NCBI GenBank assembly: GCA_965224705.1
Contig: OZ245056.1
Span: forward strand, 2,816,001-2,880,000
Origin: Spirochaetaceae bacterium
GTDB taxonomy: Bacteria > Spirochaetota > Spirochaetia > DSM-2461
Length of the DNA: 64,000 bases
Reading direction: 5' to 3'
Position 1 is the stretch's first letter. Each line of letters opens with the position of its first letter. Shown piece by piece: positions 39,303-49,879 of this stretch. The position numbers and the translations under genes are program-made. The notes below the pieces were generated by a model that was not told the origin of the DNA, ran no database searches, and was given only the letters and a program-made list of their open reading frames with translations.

Positions 39303-39996
39303 TGGCATCCAGGGCAAGTTCCATCATCTGGGTGAAAGTTTTTTCCCTTTCCTCTGATGAAGTCTCCTCCCGGGATATGAGACTGTCGCTGACGGTGAGG
39401 AGACAGAGGGCCTTCACTCCATATCGTGCGGCAGCCGTATAGAGGGCAGCCGCTTCCATTTCCACAGCCAGAGCTCCATATCGTGCCCAGAGTTTCCACG
39501 CCTCAGGATCTTCATTGTAAAATGTATCGGAGGAAAAGACATTCCCCACCTTGAGATCAATCCCAAGTTTACCAGCCGTATGAGCTGTTTGGGCGGCAAG
39601 AGTCCAATCAGCAGCGGGAGCAAAGGTCATTCCATTGAATCGTTCTGTCAGCATGGCAGAATTGGTGGATGCACTCAGGGCCATCACAATATCCCGTATT
39701 TTGATGGATTTCTGGAGGGCCCCGCAGGATCCCACACGGATCAGACTTTTTACCCCGTAAAAATTGATGAGTTCATGGACATAAATCATGTGAGAGGGCA
39801 TGCCCATGCCTGTTCCCTGCACAGAGACTCGGCATCCCCTGTACTGGCCCGTGTATCCGTACATGCCCCGGACTTCATTGTATCTCTGGGGGTTTTCAAG
39901 ATAGTTCTCGGCAATGAATTTTGCCCTCATGGGGTCGCCGGGCAGCAATACCCTCTCGGCAATGGCACCCTCCGGTGCTCCTATGTGTACACTCAT
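39262..39996 (-). CDS. deoD: Purine-nucleoside phosphorylase
   Basis: [35 protein letters not shown]. Confidence 0.93.
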   Translation of the reverse strand: MSVHIGAPEGAIAERVLLPGDPMRAKFIAENYLENPQRYNEVRGMYGYTGQYRGCRVSVQGTGMGMPSHMIYVHELINFYGVKSLIRVGSCGALQKSIKIRDIVMALSASTNSAMLTERFNGMTFAPAADWTLAAQTAHTAGKLGIDLKVGNVFSSDTFYNEDPEAWKLWARYGALAVEMEAAALYTAAARYGVKALCLLTVSDSLISREETSSEEREKTFTQMMELALDAIIEVDTRPSLQSS

Positions 39997-40074
39997 GTAT
40001 TCCTCCTGTCATTTCATTGTCGGTATTGTAGAGCATCAGGGAATTATTGTCATGGTTCGCTATCCAGGAACGAA

Positions 40075-41625
40075 TTACTCCCACTCAATAGTGGCTGGGG
40101 GCTTGGAAGATACATCATAGACCACGCGGCCTATGCTCTTTATCTTATTTGTAATCCCGGCTGAGATCTCCAGAAGATCCCGGGTGGGGAAATCATAGAC
40201 ATCGGCCGTCATTCCATCCCGGCTGACTACGGCCCGGAGGGCCAGAACATAGCCATAATCCCGGGCATCACCGGTTACACCAACAGAACGGACCGGCAGT
40301 AATACCGAAAAAGCCTGCCAGATCTGTTCATACAGGCCCCGGGTTTTGAGCTCGCCTATAAAAATATCATCGGCTTCCCTGAGGATTTCCAGCTTCTCTT
40401 CGGTAATATCTGAAATTATCCGTATCGCCAGACCGGGCCCGGGGAAGGGATGTCTATGCACAATATCCCGGGAAACTCCCAGAATTTCCCCCAGATTTCG
40501 TACTTCATCCTTGTAGAGCTGATCCAGTGGTTCCAGCAATTCACCAGCTGCCCGTTTCGCCTGTACCTGAGGGGTTCCAACATTGTGATGGCTTTTGATA
40601 ACCTGGGCCGTTTTACCCACACCCTGACCGGATTCAATGAGATCGGTGTACAAAGTTCCCTGGACGAGAAGATAGCCGCTCGACAGATGCCTCGATATTT
40701 CCTCCTGCTGAATCTGAATAAAGGTGTCGCCGATGATTTTCCGCTTCATCTCGGGATCCGTTATCCCGGCCAGCGGCCTCAGGAAACGATCCCGGGCATT
40801 GATGAGAAGGAGATTTTCGGCTCCGGATTTTCTAAGATCAGCGGCTACCTGGTCCGATTCCCCCTTCCTCATCATGCCGGTATCAATGTACATCAGCCAG
40901 ACTTTTTCCTGCGGCAGAGCTTTCAGCAGCAGTGAAGCCGCTACGGTTGAATCGACACCGCCTGAGATCAGTAAAAGGACATCCCTGTTCGCCGTTTTAA
41001 ACCGAATTTCTTCGATTTTAGTTTCAAGGTAGGTTTCAAGAGACCATTCCTTCTTCCCGCCGCATATACCCGCAGCAAAGTTTTCCAGTATTCGGGTTCC
41101 ATATTCACAATGACTGGCTTCAGGATGGAATTGAACCCCCCAGAGTCCCCTTTCAATATGACCCGCAGCAGCCACAACGCTGTTCTCACTTTCGGCGATG
41201 GAACGGTATCCGCTGCCCAGACAGGTTACGCTGTCACCATGGCTCATCCACGACTGGAAACTCCCGGGCACGCCCGTAAAAAGGGGATTCGTTCCATCAT
41301 GCGTTACACTGGCCCTGCCGTATTCCCGGTGCGGCAGGTTCATCACCTTTCCCCCTGCCATGAGGGTCATCTGGTGAAAGCCGTAACAAATACCAAGAAC
41401 GGGCAGGCCGCAGTCAAAAACAGCCTTATCCGGTTTAAGTGAGCCTTCTTCCCAGGATGAATGGGGAGAGCCTGAGAGAATGATGCCTCTGACATCCCTG
41501 TGTACAACGTCGGAAAGACGACTGCTGCCCGGAGCAATCTCCGAGTAGATCCCAATTTCCCGAATACGGCGGCCAATAAGCTGTGTTGTCTGACCTCCGA
41601 AATCCAGGATCAGAATGCTGTCCAC
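40075..41625 (-). CDS. guaA: GMP synthase (glutamine-hydrolysing)
   Basis: LDFGGQ, GICYG, QFHPE, SGGVDS, IKSHHNVG, HPFPGPGL, SKPPATIEWE. Confidence 0.95.
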   Translation of the reverse strand: MDSILILDFGGQTTQLIGRRIREIGIYSEIAPGSSRLSDVVHRDVRGIILSGSPHSSWEEGSLKPDKAVFDCGLPVLGICYGFHQMTLMAGGKVMNLPHREYGRASVTHDGTNPLFTGVPGSFQSWMSHGDSVTCLGSGYRSIAESENSVVAAAGHIERGLWGVQFHPEASHCEYGTRILENFAAGICGGKKEWSLETYLETKIEEIRFKTANRDVLLLISGGVDSTVAASLLLKALPQEKVWLMYIDTGMMRKGESDQVAADLRKSGAENLLLINARDRFLRPLAGITDPEMKRKIIGDTFIQIQQEEISRHLSSGYLLVQGTLYTDLIESGQGVGKTAQVIKSHHNVGTPQVQAKRAAGELLEPLDQLYKDEVRNLGEILGVSRDIVHRHPFPGPGLAIRIISDITEEKLEILREADDIFIGELKTRGLYEQIWQAFSVLLPVRSVGVTGDARDYGYVLALRAVVSRDGMTADVYDFPTRDLLEISAGITNKIKSIGRVVYDVSSKPPATIEWE

Positions 41626-42839
41626 GCATTCTTCCTCATGAAAGTCTCGTCTCTCAATCGACCCACAGAGAAGCCAGTAACGGGAATGCCGGTGTATTGC
41701 TCAATAAATTCAACAACGCGGCGGGCCCCGTCAGGCATGTCATCCCAGCAGCGGGCTGCTGTAACAGAACCATCCCAGCCCGGAAAGGTTTGAAGGATCG
41801 GTTTTACCCTTTCAAGTTCTGACGCATTGGATGGGAAGTATTTGATTTCTTCTCCGTCCAGTTCATAGGCCGTACACAAACTGACAGTTTTGAATCCATC
41901 AAAGAGATTCAGGTGGGAGAGAAGGAAACCATCCAGGCTGTTCACCCAGCCGGAATAGCGGAGAGCAACAAGATCAAGGTATCCAATTCTTCGTGGTCGG
42001 CCTGTGGTAACGCCGTATTCATGGCCCAGTTCCCTCAGTTTGCTGCCAAGTTTCAGATCGTCACCGCTCCGCATTTCTGTTGGAAAGGGACCATTCCCCA
42101 CTCTTGTTTGATAGGCTTTTAATACACCCAGACATTGATTTATACGCCGGGGACCCAATGCTGCTCCGATAGCGGCTCCGCCGCTGGTGGATGTTGCCGA
42201 GGACACATAGGGATAGGTTCCATGATCCAGATCCAGCAAAGTTCCCTGGGCCCCTTCAAAAAGGATCTTCTTTCCATCAACAGACATCATATAGTCGGCC
42301 AGATTCACCTTCATGGGCTCCAGTTTTTTCTTGTAGGGTTCAAGCCAGTCCCTGTCCAATTGACCAAGAAATTTCCAGATCACAGGATCCCAGAGATCGG
42401 TCACACGAAGTCCATCCCGGGAAGCTTTTTTCCCATAGGCAACACCGATACCCCGGCCTGTCGTTCCTATGGGCCTGGGTCGTTTTTCATCGATACTCCT
42501 GTCTTCACTTTTGTAACTCGGCAGAACAAGATGAGCCCGGTCTGAAACAACAACCCGTCCCTCCCATGAGATTCCCTGGGCCGATAGATCCGCAAGCTCT
42601 TCAAACATGGAAACGGGATCAATAACCATTCCATTCCCCAGTACAACAGTTTTACCGGAGGAAATAATTCCGGCAGGAATGAGGTGAAGGGCAAAGGTTT
42701 TATTATCAACTTTTACAGTATGCCCTGCATTGGCTCCTCCTGAAAAACGAACAACGATGTCCGCATCCTCAGACAGGTAATCCACCATTTTACCTTTTCC
42801 CTCATCACCCCACTGGGCACCAATAACGACGAGATTCAT
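41610..42839 (-). CDS. purA: Adenylosuccinate synthetase
   Basis: QWGDEGKGK, GGANAGHT, GTTGRGIG, EGAQG, TRVGNGPFPTE, TTGRPRR. Confidence 0.93.
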   Translation of the reverse strand: MNLVVIGAQWGDEGKGKMVDYLSEDADIVVRFSGGANAGHTVKVDNKTFALHLIPAGIISSGKTVVLGNGMVIDPVSMFEELADLSAQGISWEGRVVVSDRAHLVLPSYKSEDRSIDEKRPRPIGTTGRGIGVAYGKKASRDGLRVTDLWDPVIWKFLGQLDRDWLEPYKKKLEPMKVNLADYMMSVDGKKILFEGAQGTLLDLDHGTYPYVSSATSTSGGAAIGAALGPRRINQCLGVLKAYQTRVGNGPFPTEMRSGDDLKLGSKLRELGHEYGVTTGRPRRIGYLDLVALRYSGWVNSLDGFLLSHLNLFDGFKTVSLCTAYELDGEEIKYFPSNASELERVKPILQTFPGWDGSVTAARCWDDMPDGARRVVEFIEQYTGIPVTGFSVGRLRDETFMRKNAWTAF

Positions 42840-42854
42840 GTGATTTCCTCCTTT

Positions 42855-44294
42855 TCAACGAGTATAATTCGGCGCTTCCTGAGTAATGCTGACATCATGG
42901 GCATGACTCTCCCTGAGACCCATTGCTGTTATCCTGATAAAGCGACGATACTTCCGCAATGAAGACAGGGAGACACATCCCGTGTATCCCATTCCCCTTC
43001 TCAAACCAGTCACCAGCTGATGCAGATAAGGAGCCAGTTCCCCCTTGTATGGAACCCGTCCTTCAATACCCTCCGGTACATGTTCCTCACCGGCACTCAT
43101 ACGATAGCGATCACCATCTCCGGCCTGCATGGCTCCTATGGAGCCCATTCCTCTGTAGGACTTGAAGAACCTTCCCTCATAGATGATTTCCCGGCCGGGC
43201 GATTCCTTCAGCCCGGCAAAGAGGTTGCCCAGCATCACGGCCGCAGCACCAGCACCGATGGCCTTGACAATGTCACCGGAATACTTGATGCCGCCATCGG
43301 CTATAACAGGGATACCATATTCGTCACAGACTTCAACAGCATCCACCACAGCGGTGAACTGAGGGACTCCAATTCCGGCAACGACGCGGGTCGTACAGAT
43401 GGATCCCGGCCCCACACCAACCTTCACCACGTCCGCACCCGCTTCCACCAATCGTCTGGCACCATCACCATTGGCAATATTTCCGCCGATAACAGGTAAG
43501 TCCGGCCAGGATTTCTTTATATCTGCTACGGCTTTCAACACCTCGATAGACGCTCCATGAGCTGTATCAAGAACAACAAAGTCAACCTTACTGGCAACCA
43601 GTGCCGGAACCCGTTTCTTCCAGTCGTTTGGGCTGACAGCCGCACCGGTAATAAGGCGGCCGAACTTATCGAGTGCCGCATTGGGATAAGCCTGGTGCTT
43701 TTCCATATCCCGAACAGTAATCAGTCCTGTTAAACGGCCATTGGAATCAACGACGGGGAGTTTTTCAATTCTATGCTTATTGAATTTTTTCCGAGCCGTT
43801 TCCTCGCTGGGAATACCTGTTTCAACTATTGGATTTCTGGTCATAACATCATCAACAAGAGCTTCCGACTGATCATTGAACTTCAAATCCCGTTTGGTAA
43901 TAATTCCGATCAGCCTGTCATTCTCCAGAACCGGTAAACCGGTAACCCCTGTTTCTGCCATGATTTTATTGACTTCGGACAGTGTAATTCCTTTTTCTAT
44001 GGTAACGGGATTGTCAATGATCCAGTTGAGGTATCGTTTTGTTTTTAACACCTGATCAGCCTGTGCCTCTACTGAAAGATTGCGATGAATAACTCCAGTC
44101 CCGCCATTGAGAGCCAGGGCGATGGCCATCGGAGCTTCCGTGACCGTATCCATGGCCGCTGAAATTATGGGGACATTGAGTTTTATCCCGGGGGCGATTT
44201 GTGTTGAGATATTGGTATCCTCCGGCAGTATTCTGGAATATGTCGGCTCCAGAAGAACATCGTCATAACTTAGGGAATCTCGAATTTCAACCAT
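42855..44294 (-). CDS. guaB: IMP dehydrogenase (with CBS pair)
   Basis: [40 protein letters not shown]. Confidence 0.95.
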   Translation of the reverse strand: MVEIRDSLSYDDVLLEPTYSRILPEDTNISTQIAPGIKLNVPIISAAMDTVTEAPMAIALALNGGTGVIHRNLSVEAQADQVLKTKRYLNWIIDNPVTIEKGITLSEVNKIMAETGVTGLPVLENDRLIGIITKRDLKFNDQSEALVDDVMTRNPIVETGIPSEETARKKFNKHRIEKLPVVDSNGRLTGLITVRDMEKHQAYPNAALDKFGRLITGAAVSPNDWKKRVPALVASKVDFVVLDTAHGASIEVLKAVADIKKSWPDLPVIGGNIANGDGARRLVEAGADVVKVGVGPGSICTTRVVAGIGVPQFTAVVDAVEVCDEYGIPVIADGGIKYSGDIVKAIGAGAAAVMLGNLFAGLKESPGREIIYEGRFFKSYRGMGSIGAMQAGDGDRYRMSAGEEHVPEGIEGRVPYKGELAPYLHQLVTGLRRGMGYTGCVSLSSLRKYRRFIRITAMGLRESHAHDVSITQEAPNYTR

Positions 44295-44296
44295 GA

Positions 44297-45736
44297 TTAA
44301 TCTCCTGCATCTTTTCTTACATCTGCTAAAATTTGCCTGTATTTATGTGTGATCTGCCGAGTTTTTTCTTCAGCGATGCCATTATATGCCGCCGGTGTCG
44401 AATAAAACTCCCCGGCATTCATCCCGAGGACTTCCCTGAGTTTCATGTCCAGGGCTTCCCAGATGGCTGAATCTTTACTCAGGATATCCTTCATGGAATG
44501 GCCGCTGGAATCGGCCTCCAGAGTTGTTCTGCGCACGATTTCATGAGCATCAGCATACCCTGATAATGCGAGAAGGATGTAGGTTGGTTCTGCCAGAACA
44601 GAATCTCCAAGGGATGAAAGGTTGACCTGCATTTTTTCTCTTGAAATCTTCAATCCATCGATCACCTGCTTCATCCTTGAAATCGCCGCAGAAAATCCAG
44701 CGATGTAATCCGTTATAAATCGGCCGGAGGCTGAGTTGGAGAGATCTCGCTGATGCTCGGAAATCTGATCCATGTAGAAACTCATGATTCTCGGAGAGAA
44801 GGCCTTCCAGAGACTTTTCACATGCTCGCAGTTCCATGGATTGCGCTTCTGCGGCATGGTGGAAGAGCCCACCTGACCGGATCCAAAGGTTTCATGGACT
44901 TCGGCAATTTCAGAACGCTGGAGATGTCTGAGATCGTCAGCGAGATTGGCAATGATACCAAAGCAGACATTCATCTCAAGCAGCAGCCGCAGAAGGTGTT
45001 CGGGTTCCACTATTTGGTTCGCATAATCAGCCGGTTTAAGTCCAAGTTCATCAAGGAAATCTTTTTCAAGTTTCTGGGGACTGCCGGTTATCAGACTCGC
45101 TGCATTATATGCACCCACGGCACCGGCTAGTTTACCTCGAAGACTGCGGCTGAGATGGCAGAGCCGTATCATCGATTGCCCGATTCGAGACACATATTCA
45201 GCAATTGCAAATCCAAATGTTATCGGAACGGCCAACTGTCCATGAGTTCTTCCAACCTGGGGGATATCCGCATTCCGGTCACTTAATACAATGAGGCTGT
45301 CCAGCAGATTGAAAACCAGGGGTAAAACGGTACCCATCATGGCATCCCGTATCCGCATGGCCATTGAAGTATCAAGAATGTCCACCGATGTTGCCCCTAA
45401 ATGCACCCAGGGAGCCAGTTTTTTCGGAACATGCCTCTGTATGACATTCACCAGTGCCCGGATATTGTGCTGCGTGACTTCTTCCTCTTTGTTCACTTCT
45501 TCAGGAGTGATGCCCTCCTCCAGAGATGAGATGGAGGTCAACAGGGCAGGATCGTCATCAAAATGAGAATGAATATGAGCCTTCAGCAGGGCTGTTTCAC
45601 ATCGAACACAGTAGCGAACAGCAGCTTTTTCGCTCAATGTTTCTGAGAGAGCCTCAAAGAGCATCCTGTTCGCCTGCCAGTACCGATGGTCCAATGGGGA
45701 TAGATTCAGGAATGGATCACGCATATCCATAAGCAA
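44297..45736 (-). CDS. purB: Adenylosuccinate lyase
   Basis: HLGATS.DI, GRTHGQ, GSSTMPQKRNP, EHQRDL. Confidence 0.92.
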   Translation of the reverse strand: MLMDMRDPFLNLSPLDHRYWQANRMLFEALSETLSEKAAVRYCVRCETALLKAHIHSHFDDDPALLTSISSLEEGITPEEVNKEEEVTQHNIRALVNVIQRHVPKKLAPWVHLGATSVDILDTSMAMRIRDAMMGTVLPLVFNLLDSLIVLSDRNADIPQVGRTHGQLAVPITFGFAIAEYVSRIGQSMIRLCHLSRSLRGKLAGAVGAYNAASLITGSPQKLEKDFLDELGLKPADYANQIVEPEHLLRLLLEMNVCFGIIANLADDLRHLQRSEIAEVHETFGSGQVGSSTMPQKRNPWNCEHVKSLWKAFSPRIMSFYMDQISEHQRDLSNSASGRFITDYIAGFSAAISRMKQVIDGLKISREKMQVNLSSLGDSVLAEPTYILLALSGYADAHEIVRRTTLEADSSGHSMKDILSKDSAIWEALDMKLREVLGMNAGEFYSTPAAYNGIAEEKTRQITHKYRQILADVRKDAGD

Positions 45737-45806
45737 TAATGGTCGCAGGAATCAATATAATCAAGCCCTCCCGGACACAATGGACTCTGAAACACACACC
45801 ATCCCT

Positions 45807-45861
45807 GGAGTCTGTCGGACTTACGTCTCACGGCTCGAAGTCTCAAAGTCCGGCAGGCTCC
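45807..45861. mobile_element. Internally deleted 55-bp copy of the MITE (reverse orientation)
   Basis: ggagtctgtcggacttacgtctcacggctcg matches the reverse complement of the MITE right end; aaagtccggcaggctcc is the other TIR. Confidence 0.75.
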
Positions 45862-46047
45862 CTGCTGAACGTTCCCGGAAGAACCAATACCAGTCTTCAT
45901 CCCGCAATGCGGGTGCAGTGGTTGACGAACCCTCTTTGCCTGTATAGTATGATCTTCTGAAGCATACAACAGTTCCAGAAGGAGAAAAAAGCCAGTCAGC
46001 AAGTCTGTCATAAAACAGACCTGTTTGACAACCGATATAAAACTACC

Positions 46048-46119
46048 GCGCCTGTCGTATAATGGTTATTACCCCAGCCTTCCAAGCTGAAGATGTCGGT
46101 TCGATTCCGATCAGGCGCT
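46048..46119 (+). tRNA. tRNA-Gly (TCC)
   Basis: Acceptor GCGCCTG/CAGGCGC, anticodon loop CTTCCAA, T-arm GGTTCGATTCC; CCA not encoded. Confidence 0.95.
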
Positions 46120-46128
46120 GACATAAGT

Positions 46129-47610
46129 ATGAGAATCTATTATAGCTTACTGCTCATTGTGTTACTGATCCCCATCAATTCCTGTAAAAAGGAGGATGAA
46201 TCCTCTTTTCCGGTAAACGGAGGGGTGCTGGCACCAGTTACCGAAACCACTCAAAATGATGGAGATGCCGAACAAACTCCCAATGCACTGGAAGAAACCC
46301 TTCTTCCGCTGGTTAATCCCGGGGAGGGTTACAGCATTTTAACATTGAGTAATAGGAATCTTGACACAGATACATCGGACGAACAGGTACTCCTTGCTGC
46401 ATCATTCGACAATGAAGAAGAACCATTGATACTCATAATCGCTTCGGCCAATACCATTCGAAATGAGTACAGTATTGCATGGAAGAAAAAACTGAACACC
46501 AGAACTCTGACTGATATCAACCTCAGGCTGGAAGACCTCACCGGTAATGGCAGGGATGATATTGTTGTTATTGGCTTCGATACCAGCGGTCAGCATGTCA
46601 CCGAAGTATTCGCCGTTCCAGAGAATGGAGAAATAACAGATTATGTTAGAGTATTCAGCCTCAGTGTTAAGGGAAACATTGATGTCTCCATCGTGGATCG
46701 CACGGCAGACTATTACAGTGGTCTTGCTGAAGGCACACCATATTCCATAATAGTGCAGGAGATGAATCCCGAATCAGATAATGACCTGGATCTCATCGAA
46801 ACAAGATGGAAATGGGTTCCCCGGAACTTTGTCTACACACAAAGTGAATCACTTCTTATTGAAGCAGAAACTATACTGGAAGAAAGGATGGAAAAACTAT
46901 ATGCAGGAAATGCTTCAACCTATGAGGATTATCTTCATGGGACCTGGTATAGAGAAAGTGGAGACAGGGCATATGAAGATATTCTGTATTTCAATAAGGA
47001 AAAAAGAGAAATAATGTTTTACGATGGATCCGCATTGGAATCCTTTATCTGGGGGAAGAGTCATCGAACAACATCCAAACGTCTTTATTTTAAGATGAAG
47101 AACTCCGTTGTCCCAAGTCTTGTCGATACCGTATATGTGAGTGTCGACACATGGGACAGCATAGATCTTTCCAGGTCATTCGGGGACTGGAACCATTCCT
47201 ACCGTCGATTTAATTCATCTTTGCAGGCAGTATTTGACAGTCGACAATCCCGGAAGACGCTTCTGGAATCCAGAACATTCCCCGGCGTATGGGAGAGTCA
47301 TGGGGATCAGAAAATCGTAATCAATCTTCCCCGCATAGAATGGTATGTCAAAGGTAAGAAACGGGTTGGTACGGCATCGTTTTTTTCAATCGATGGGACA
47401 ACGATTCTGCAGGTTCAGTTTCTTAAAGATGACAACTTCATTGAAGAAACGCAGAACTGGATCGTGTCATACAATCAGGACAATGATAATGCAGGAATCG
47501 TCCAGTCCCTTACTCTTTCTCCAGCTGTCTTAAGCACGAGTGGAGCAGCAGCTTCTGGAACTGAATTTCTAAGATTTGAGCAGATAGAAAAAATATCATC
47601 TGTGGACTGA
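46129..47610 (+). CDS. Spirochaete lipoprotein, possibly pallilysin-related adhesin family
   Basis: Lipobox INSC after ATG 46129 (the ORF-track start overlaps the tRNA); NLDTDTSDEQV and DLTGNGRDDIVV motifs; family call from recall only. Confidence 0.55.
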   Translation: MRIYYSLLLIVLLIPINSCKKEDESSFPVNGGVLAPVTETTQNDGDAEQTPNALEETLLPLVNPGEGYSILTLSNRNLDTDTSDEQVLLAASFDNEEEPLILIIASANTIRNEYSIAWKKKLNTRTLTDINLRLEDLTGNGRDDIVVIGFDTSGQHVTEVFAVPENGEITDYVRVFSLSVKGNIDVSIVDRTADYYSGLAEGTPYSIIVQEMNPESDNDLDLIETRWKWVPRNFVYTQSESLLIEAETILEERMEKLYAGNASTYEDYLHGTWYRESGDRAYEDILYFNKEKREIMFYDGSALESFIWGKSHRTTSKRLYFKMKNSVVPSLVDTVYVSVDTWDSIDLSRSFGDWNHSYRRFNSSLQAVFDSRQSRKTLLESRTFPGVWESHGDQKIVINLPRIEWYVKGKKRVGTASFFSIDGTTILQVQFLKDDNFIEETQNWIVSYNQDNDNAGIVQSLTLSPAVLSTSGAAASGTEFLRFEQIEKISSVD

Positions 47611-48564
47611 CACATCATAACCCCTGGATTTCAAACGGGCTTCAGCCTTATTGTCAGGATTATTGACAATCACCAGCCAGAGATCATTTTCATTTTCAAG
47701 CCAGGATGTAAAACCATCCGATTCAAGGCGGTTTCTCAATTGTGATGCAAGTTCTCGCTGACGGAATGCTCCGACCTGTATGAATGATAGATTAAGATCA
47801 GCTTGAGACTCCATGAGCGTTGAGGGCGATTCCCAGGCCTGTATTCTTGATTGCAGAACATAGAGGTGAACTGAACCTGGGAAATCACGTTCGAGACTTC
47901 TTGCAGCCTTCTCGGCCCCTTCCCTGTTACCGCTGCGGATCTGCAAACGGGCAAGTTCCAGCCATGTCGAGGGCAGAACAAGCCCATCATCAATCAATTC
48001 ATTTATTGCCGCAATACCTTTTTCAGGATCCTCCCTCCCGGCGAGCATTGCGGTGAGCAAACCCGATTTTGATTTGATTGTTGAATTACCGGACAACTTC
48101 ATTAACTCCACGGCCTCATTGTAAACATTCAATCCCATGGAATACCTTAGAATCAAATCCTGCAGTTTCCAGAATTCAACCTGGGAACCACCACCGGATT
48201 TTATGGCCAGGGAATAGTGCTTGAGTGCGTGCTGCAGAAGTCCAAGAATAACCTCTAATTCAGCCATACGGGAGAATATCTCTCCCTGCCTGTCCGGCTC
48301 AATGAGGTGTACATATTTGTTCAGATATGAAATGGTTTCAAATGGATCCTCATGGAGTGAAGAGGCATGTATCAATACATTTACAGAATCCGGATGATAT
48401 TGATTTTCTATCAGCCATTTTCCATAAACCTGGACAGCCTCTTCAGGAAGTCCTTCATTCTCCAGTTTTCGTGCATTATCAATAGTATTACCAGAGAGCA
48501 ATTCTCCGTGAAGGAGTAATAGCAATGGTGTCAGGAAGTTCATTCCTGAGTGAAGAAATTTCAT
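47596..48564 (-). CDS. TPR-repeat protein with C-terminal SPOR peptidoglycan-binding domain
   Basis: Helical TPR-like repeats; IQVGAFRQRELASQLRNRLESDGF. Confidence 0.75.
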   Translation of the reverse strand: MKFLHSGMNFLTPLLLLLHGELLSGNTIDNARKLENEGLPEEAVQVYGKWLIENQYHPDSVNVLIHASSLHEDPFETISYLNKYVHLIEPDRQGEIFSRMAELEVILGLLQHALKHYSLAIKSGGGSQVEFWKLQDLILRYSMGLNVYNEAVELMKLSGNSTIKSKSGLLTAMLAGREDPEKGIAAINELIDDGLVLPSTWLELARLQIRSGNREGAEKAARSLERDFPGSVHLYVLQSRIQAWESPSTLMESQADLNLSFIQVGAFRQRELASQLRNRLESDGFTSWLENENDLWLVIVNNPDNKAEARLKSRGYDVSVHR

Positions 48565-48570
48565 GCGGCC

Positions 48571-48894
48571 TCACTCGTCTTCATCTGCCTTTGACCTGTT
48601 TGCTCCAAGAATCCTGGTCGGCTTACTGTCTGGTTCTTCATCGATTTCTGAGAAAAAGCTCTCATTTCGCTTTTTTTTCTCTTTTTGTTTTATATTCCAG
48701 AATATGATGAAAGGTATTGAGGAGAGCAAACCTGCCAGATACACGATAAAAAGGCTTAGAAGAATTGGAACATCTGTCAGTACACCATTGCTCCCAAACC
48801 AGATTCTTATGTCTGAAGTGAATCCAATATTGAATCCAATGAAAGTTCCAATGATGAGAAGCAATAGAATGAATACTATGAATCGACCGGGCAT
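48571..48894 (-). CDS. Small membrane protein (LapA-like)
   Basis: Two hydrophobic segments, FIGFN...VPI motif, charged tail. Confidence 0.6.
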   Translation of the reverse strand: MPGRFIVFILLLLIIGTFIGFNIGFTSDIRIWFGSNGVLTDVPILLSLFIVYLAGLLSSIPFIIFWNIKQKEKKKRNESFFSEIDEEPDSKPTRILGANRSKADEDE

Positions 48895-49796
48895 GATCCC
48901 CTCCTGTTATTTTCAGTATAATTAACCTGCGAGGCAATATCTACTGTATTCTGAAGAAGCATTGCCCGAGTTAACGGGCCAACCCCTCCGGGTACCGGAG
49001 TAATAGCCCCGGCAACTTCTTTTACATTCTCAAAGTCAACATCCCCGATTAATCGATATCCCCGTCTGCATGACGAATCTTCCACCCGATTAACACCAAC
49101 ATCAACAACAATGGCACCATCTTTCACCATATCAGCCCGGACAGTGCCAGGTCTGCCGGCTGCAGCAATGACGATATCGGAACGGCGAACTTTCTCAGCC
49201 AGTTTTTTAGTTCTTGTATGGCAGACTGTTACGGTTGCATTGCCTCCACGAGCCTTGCGAAACAAAAGATTGGCTAAAGGGGCTCCGACAATTCGGCTCC
49301 GGCCAACAACAACTATGTCTGCTCCTTCGATTCTAATTCCCTCAGTCTCAAGTATTCTAACAACCCCCAGCGGAGTACAGGGAATAATACCCTTTTTATT
49401 GAGTACCAGACGGCCGATGTTTTCAGGATGGAAACCATCCACATCTTTCTCAGGAGCAATTGAATGGATGATCGTCTCCTCATCAATATGATCCGGCAGC
49501 GGCAGTTGAACCAGAATCGCATGAACGCTCTCATCATTGTTCAACCTGTGTATCAGTTCCAGAAGCTTTGTTTGAGTTGAATTCTTCGGCAGATGTATAT
49601 CATGAGAAAGAATTCCAACTTCTTTACAATCCCGTTCTTTTGCTCTTACGTAAGAACAGCTTGCAGGATTATCACCAACAAGTATGACAGCCAGACAGGG
49701 CTGGCGGTTTTCCGCCCCCATCTCCCCTACCCTTTTTTTTATGTCTTTGCGTATATTGGCTGCGACAGCATTACCATCCATGATTCGGGCACTCAT
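48876..49796 (-). CDS. folD: Methylenetetrahydrofolate dehydrogenase/cyclohydrolase
   Basis: ILVQLPLP, KDVDGFHP, PCTP, GRSRIVG, TPVPGGVGP. Confidence 0.95.
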   Translation of the reverse strand: MSARIMDGNAVAANIRKDIKKRVGEMGAENRQPCLAVILVGDNPASCSYVRAKERDCKEVGILSHDIHLPKNSTQTKLLELIHRLNNDESVHAILVQLPLPDHIDEETIIHSIAPEKDVDGFHPENIGRLVLNKKGIIPCTPLGVVRILETEGIRIEGADIVVVGRSRIVGAPLANLLFRKARGGNATVTVCHTRTKKLAEKVRRSDIVIAAAGRPGTVRADMVKDGAIVVDVGVNRVEDSSCRRGYRLIGDVDFENVKEVAGAITPVPGGVGPLTRAMLLQNTVDIASQVNYTENNRRGSCPVDS

Positions 49797-49879
49797 ATAA
49801 TGACAATAATGAAATTATCGACTTCTGTGAATATATTCCTGACAGATAAGTCGATATACTGAAATCCTGTTAATTGATT

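Noticed and set aside
41610..42839. PurZ (2-aminoadenine pathway) instead of PurA
   Set aside because: Catalytic Asp in GDEGKG is retained, the context is purB/guaA/guaB, and there are no phage genes
46093..46128. ORF-track start of the 505-aa lipoprotein
   Set aside because: It overlaps tRNA-Gly; ATG 46129 gives a proper signal peptide
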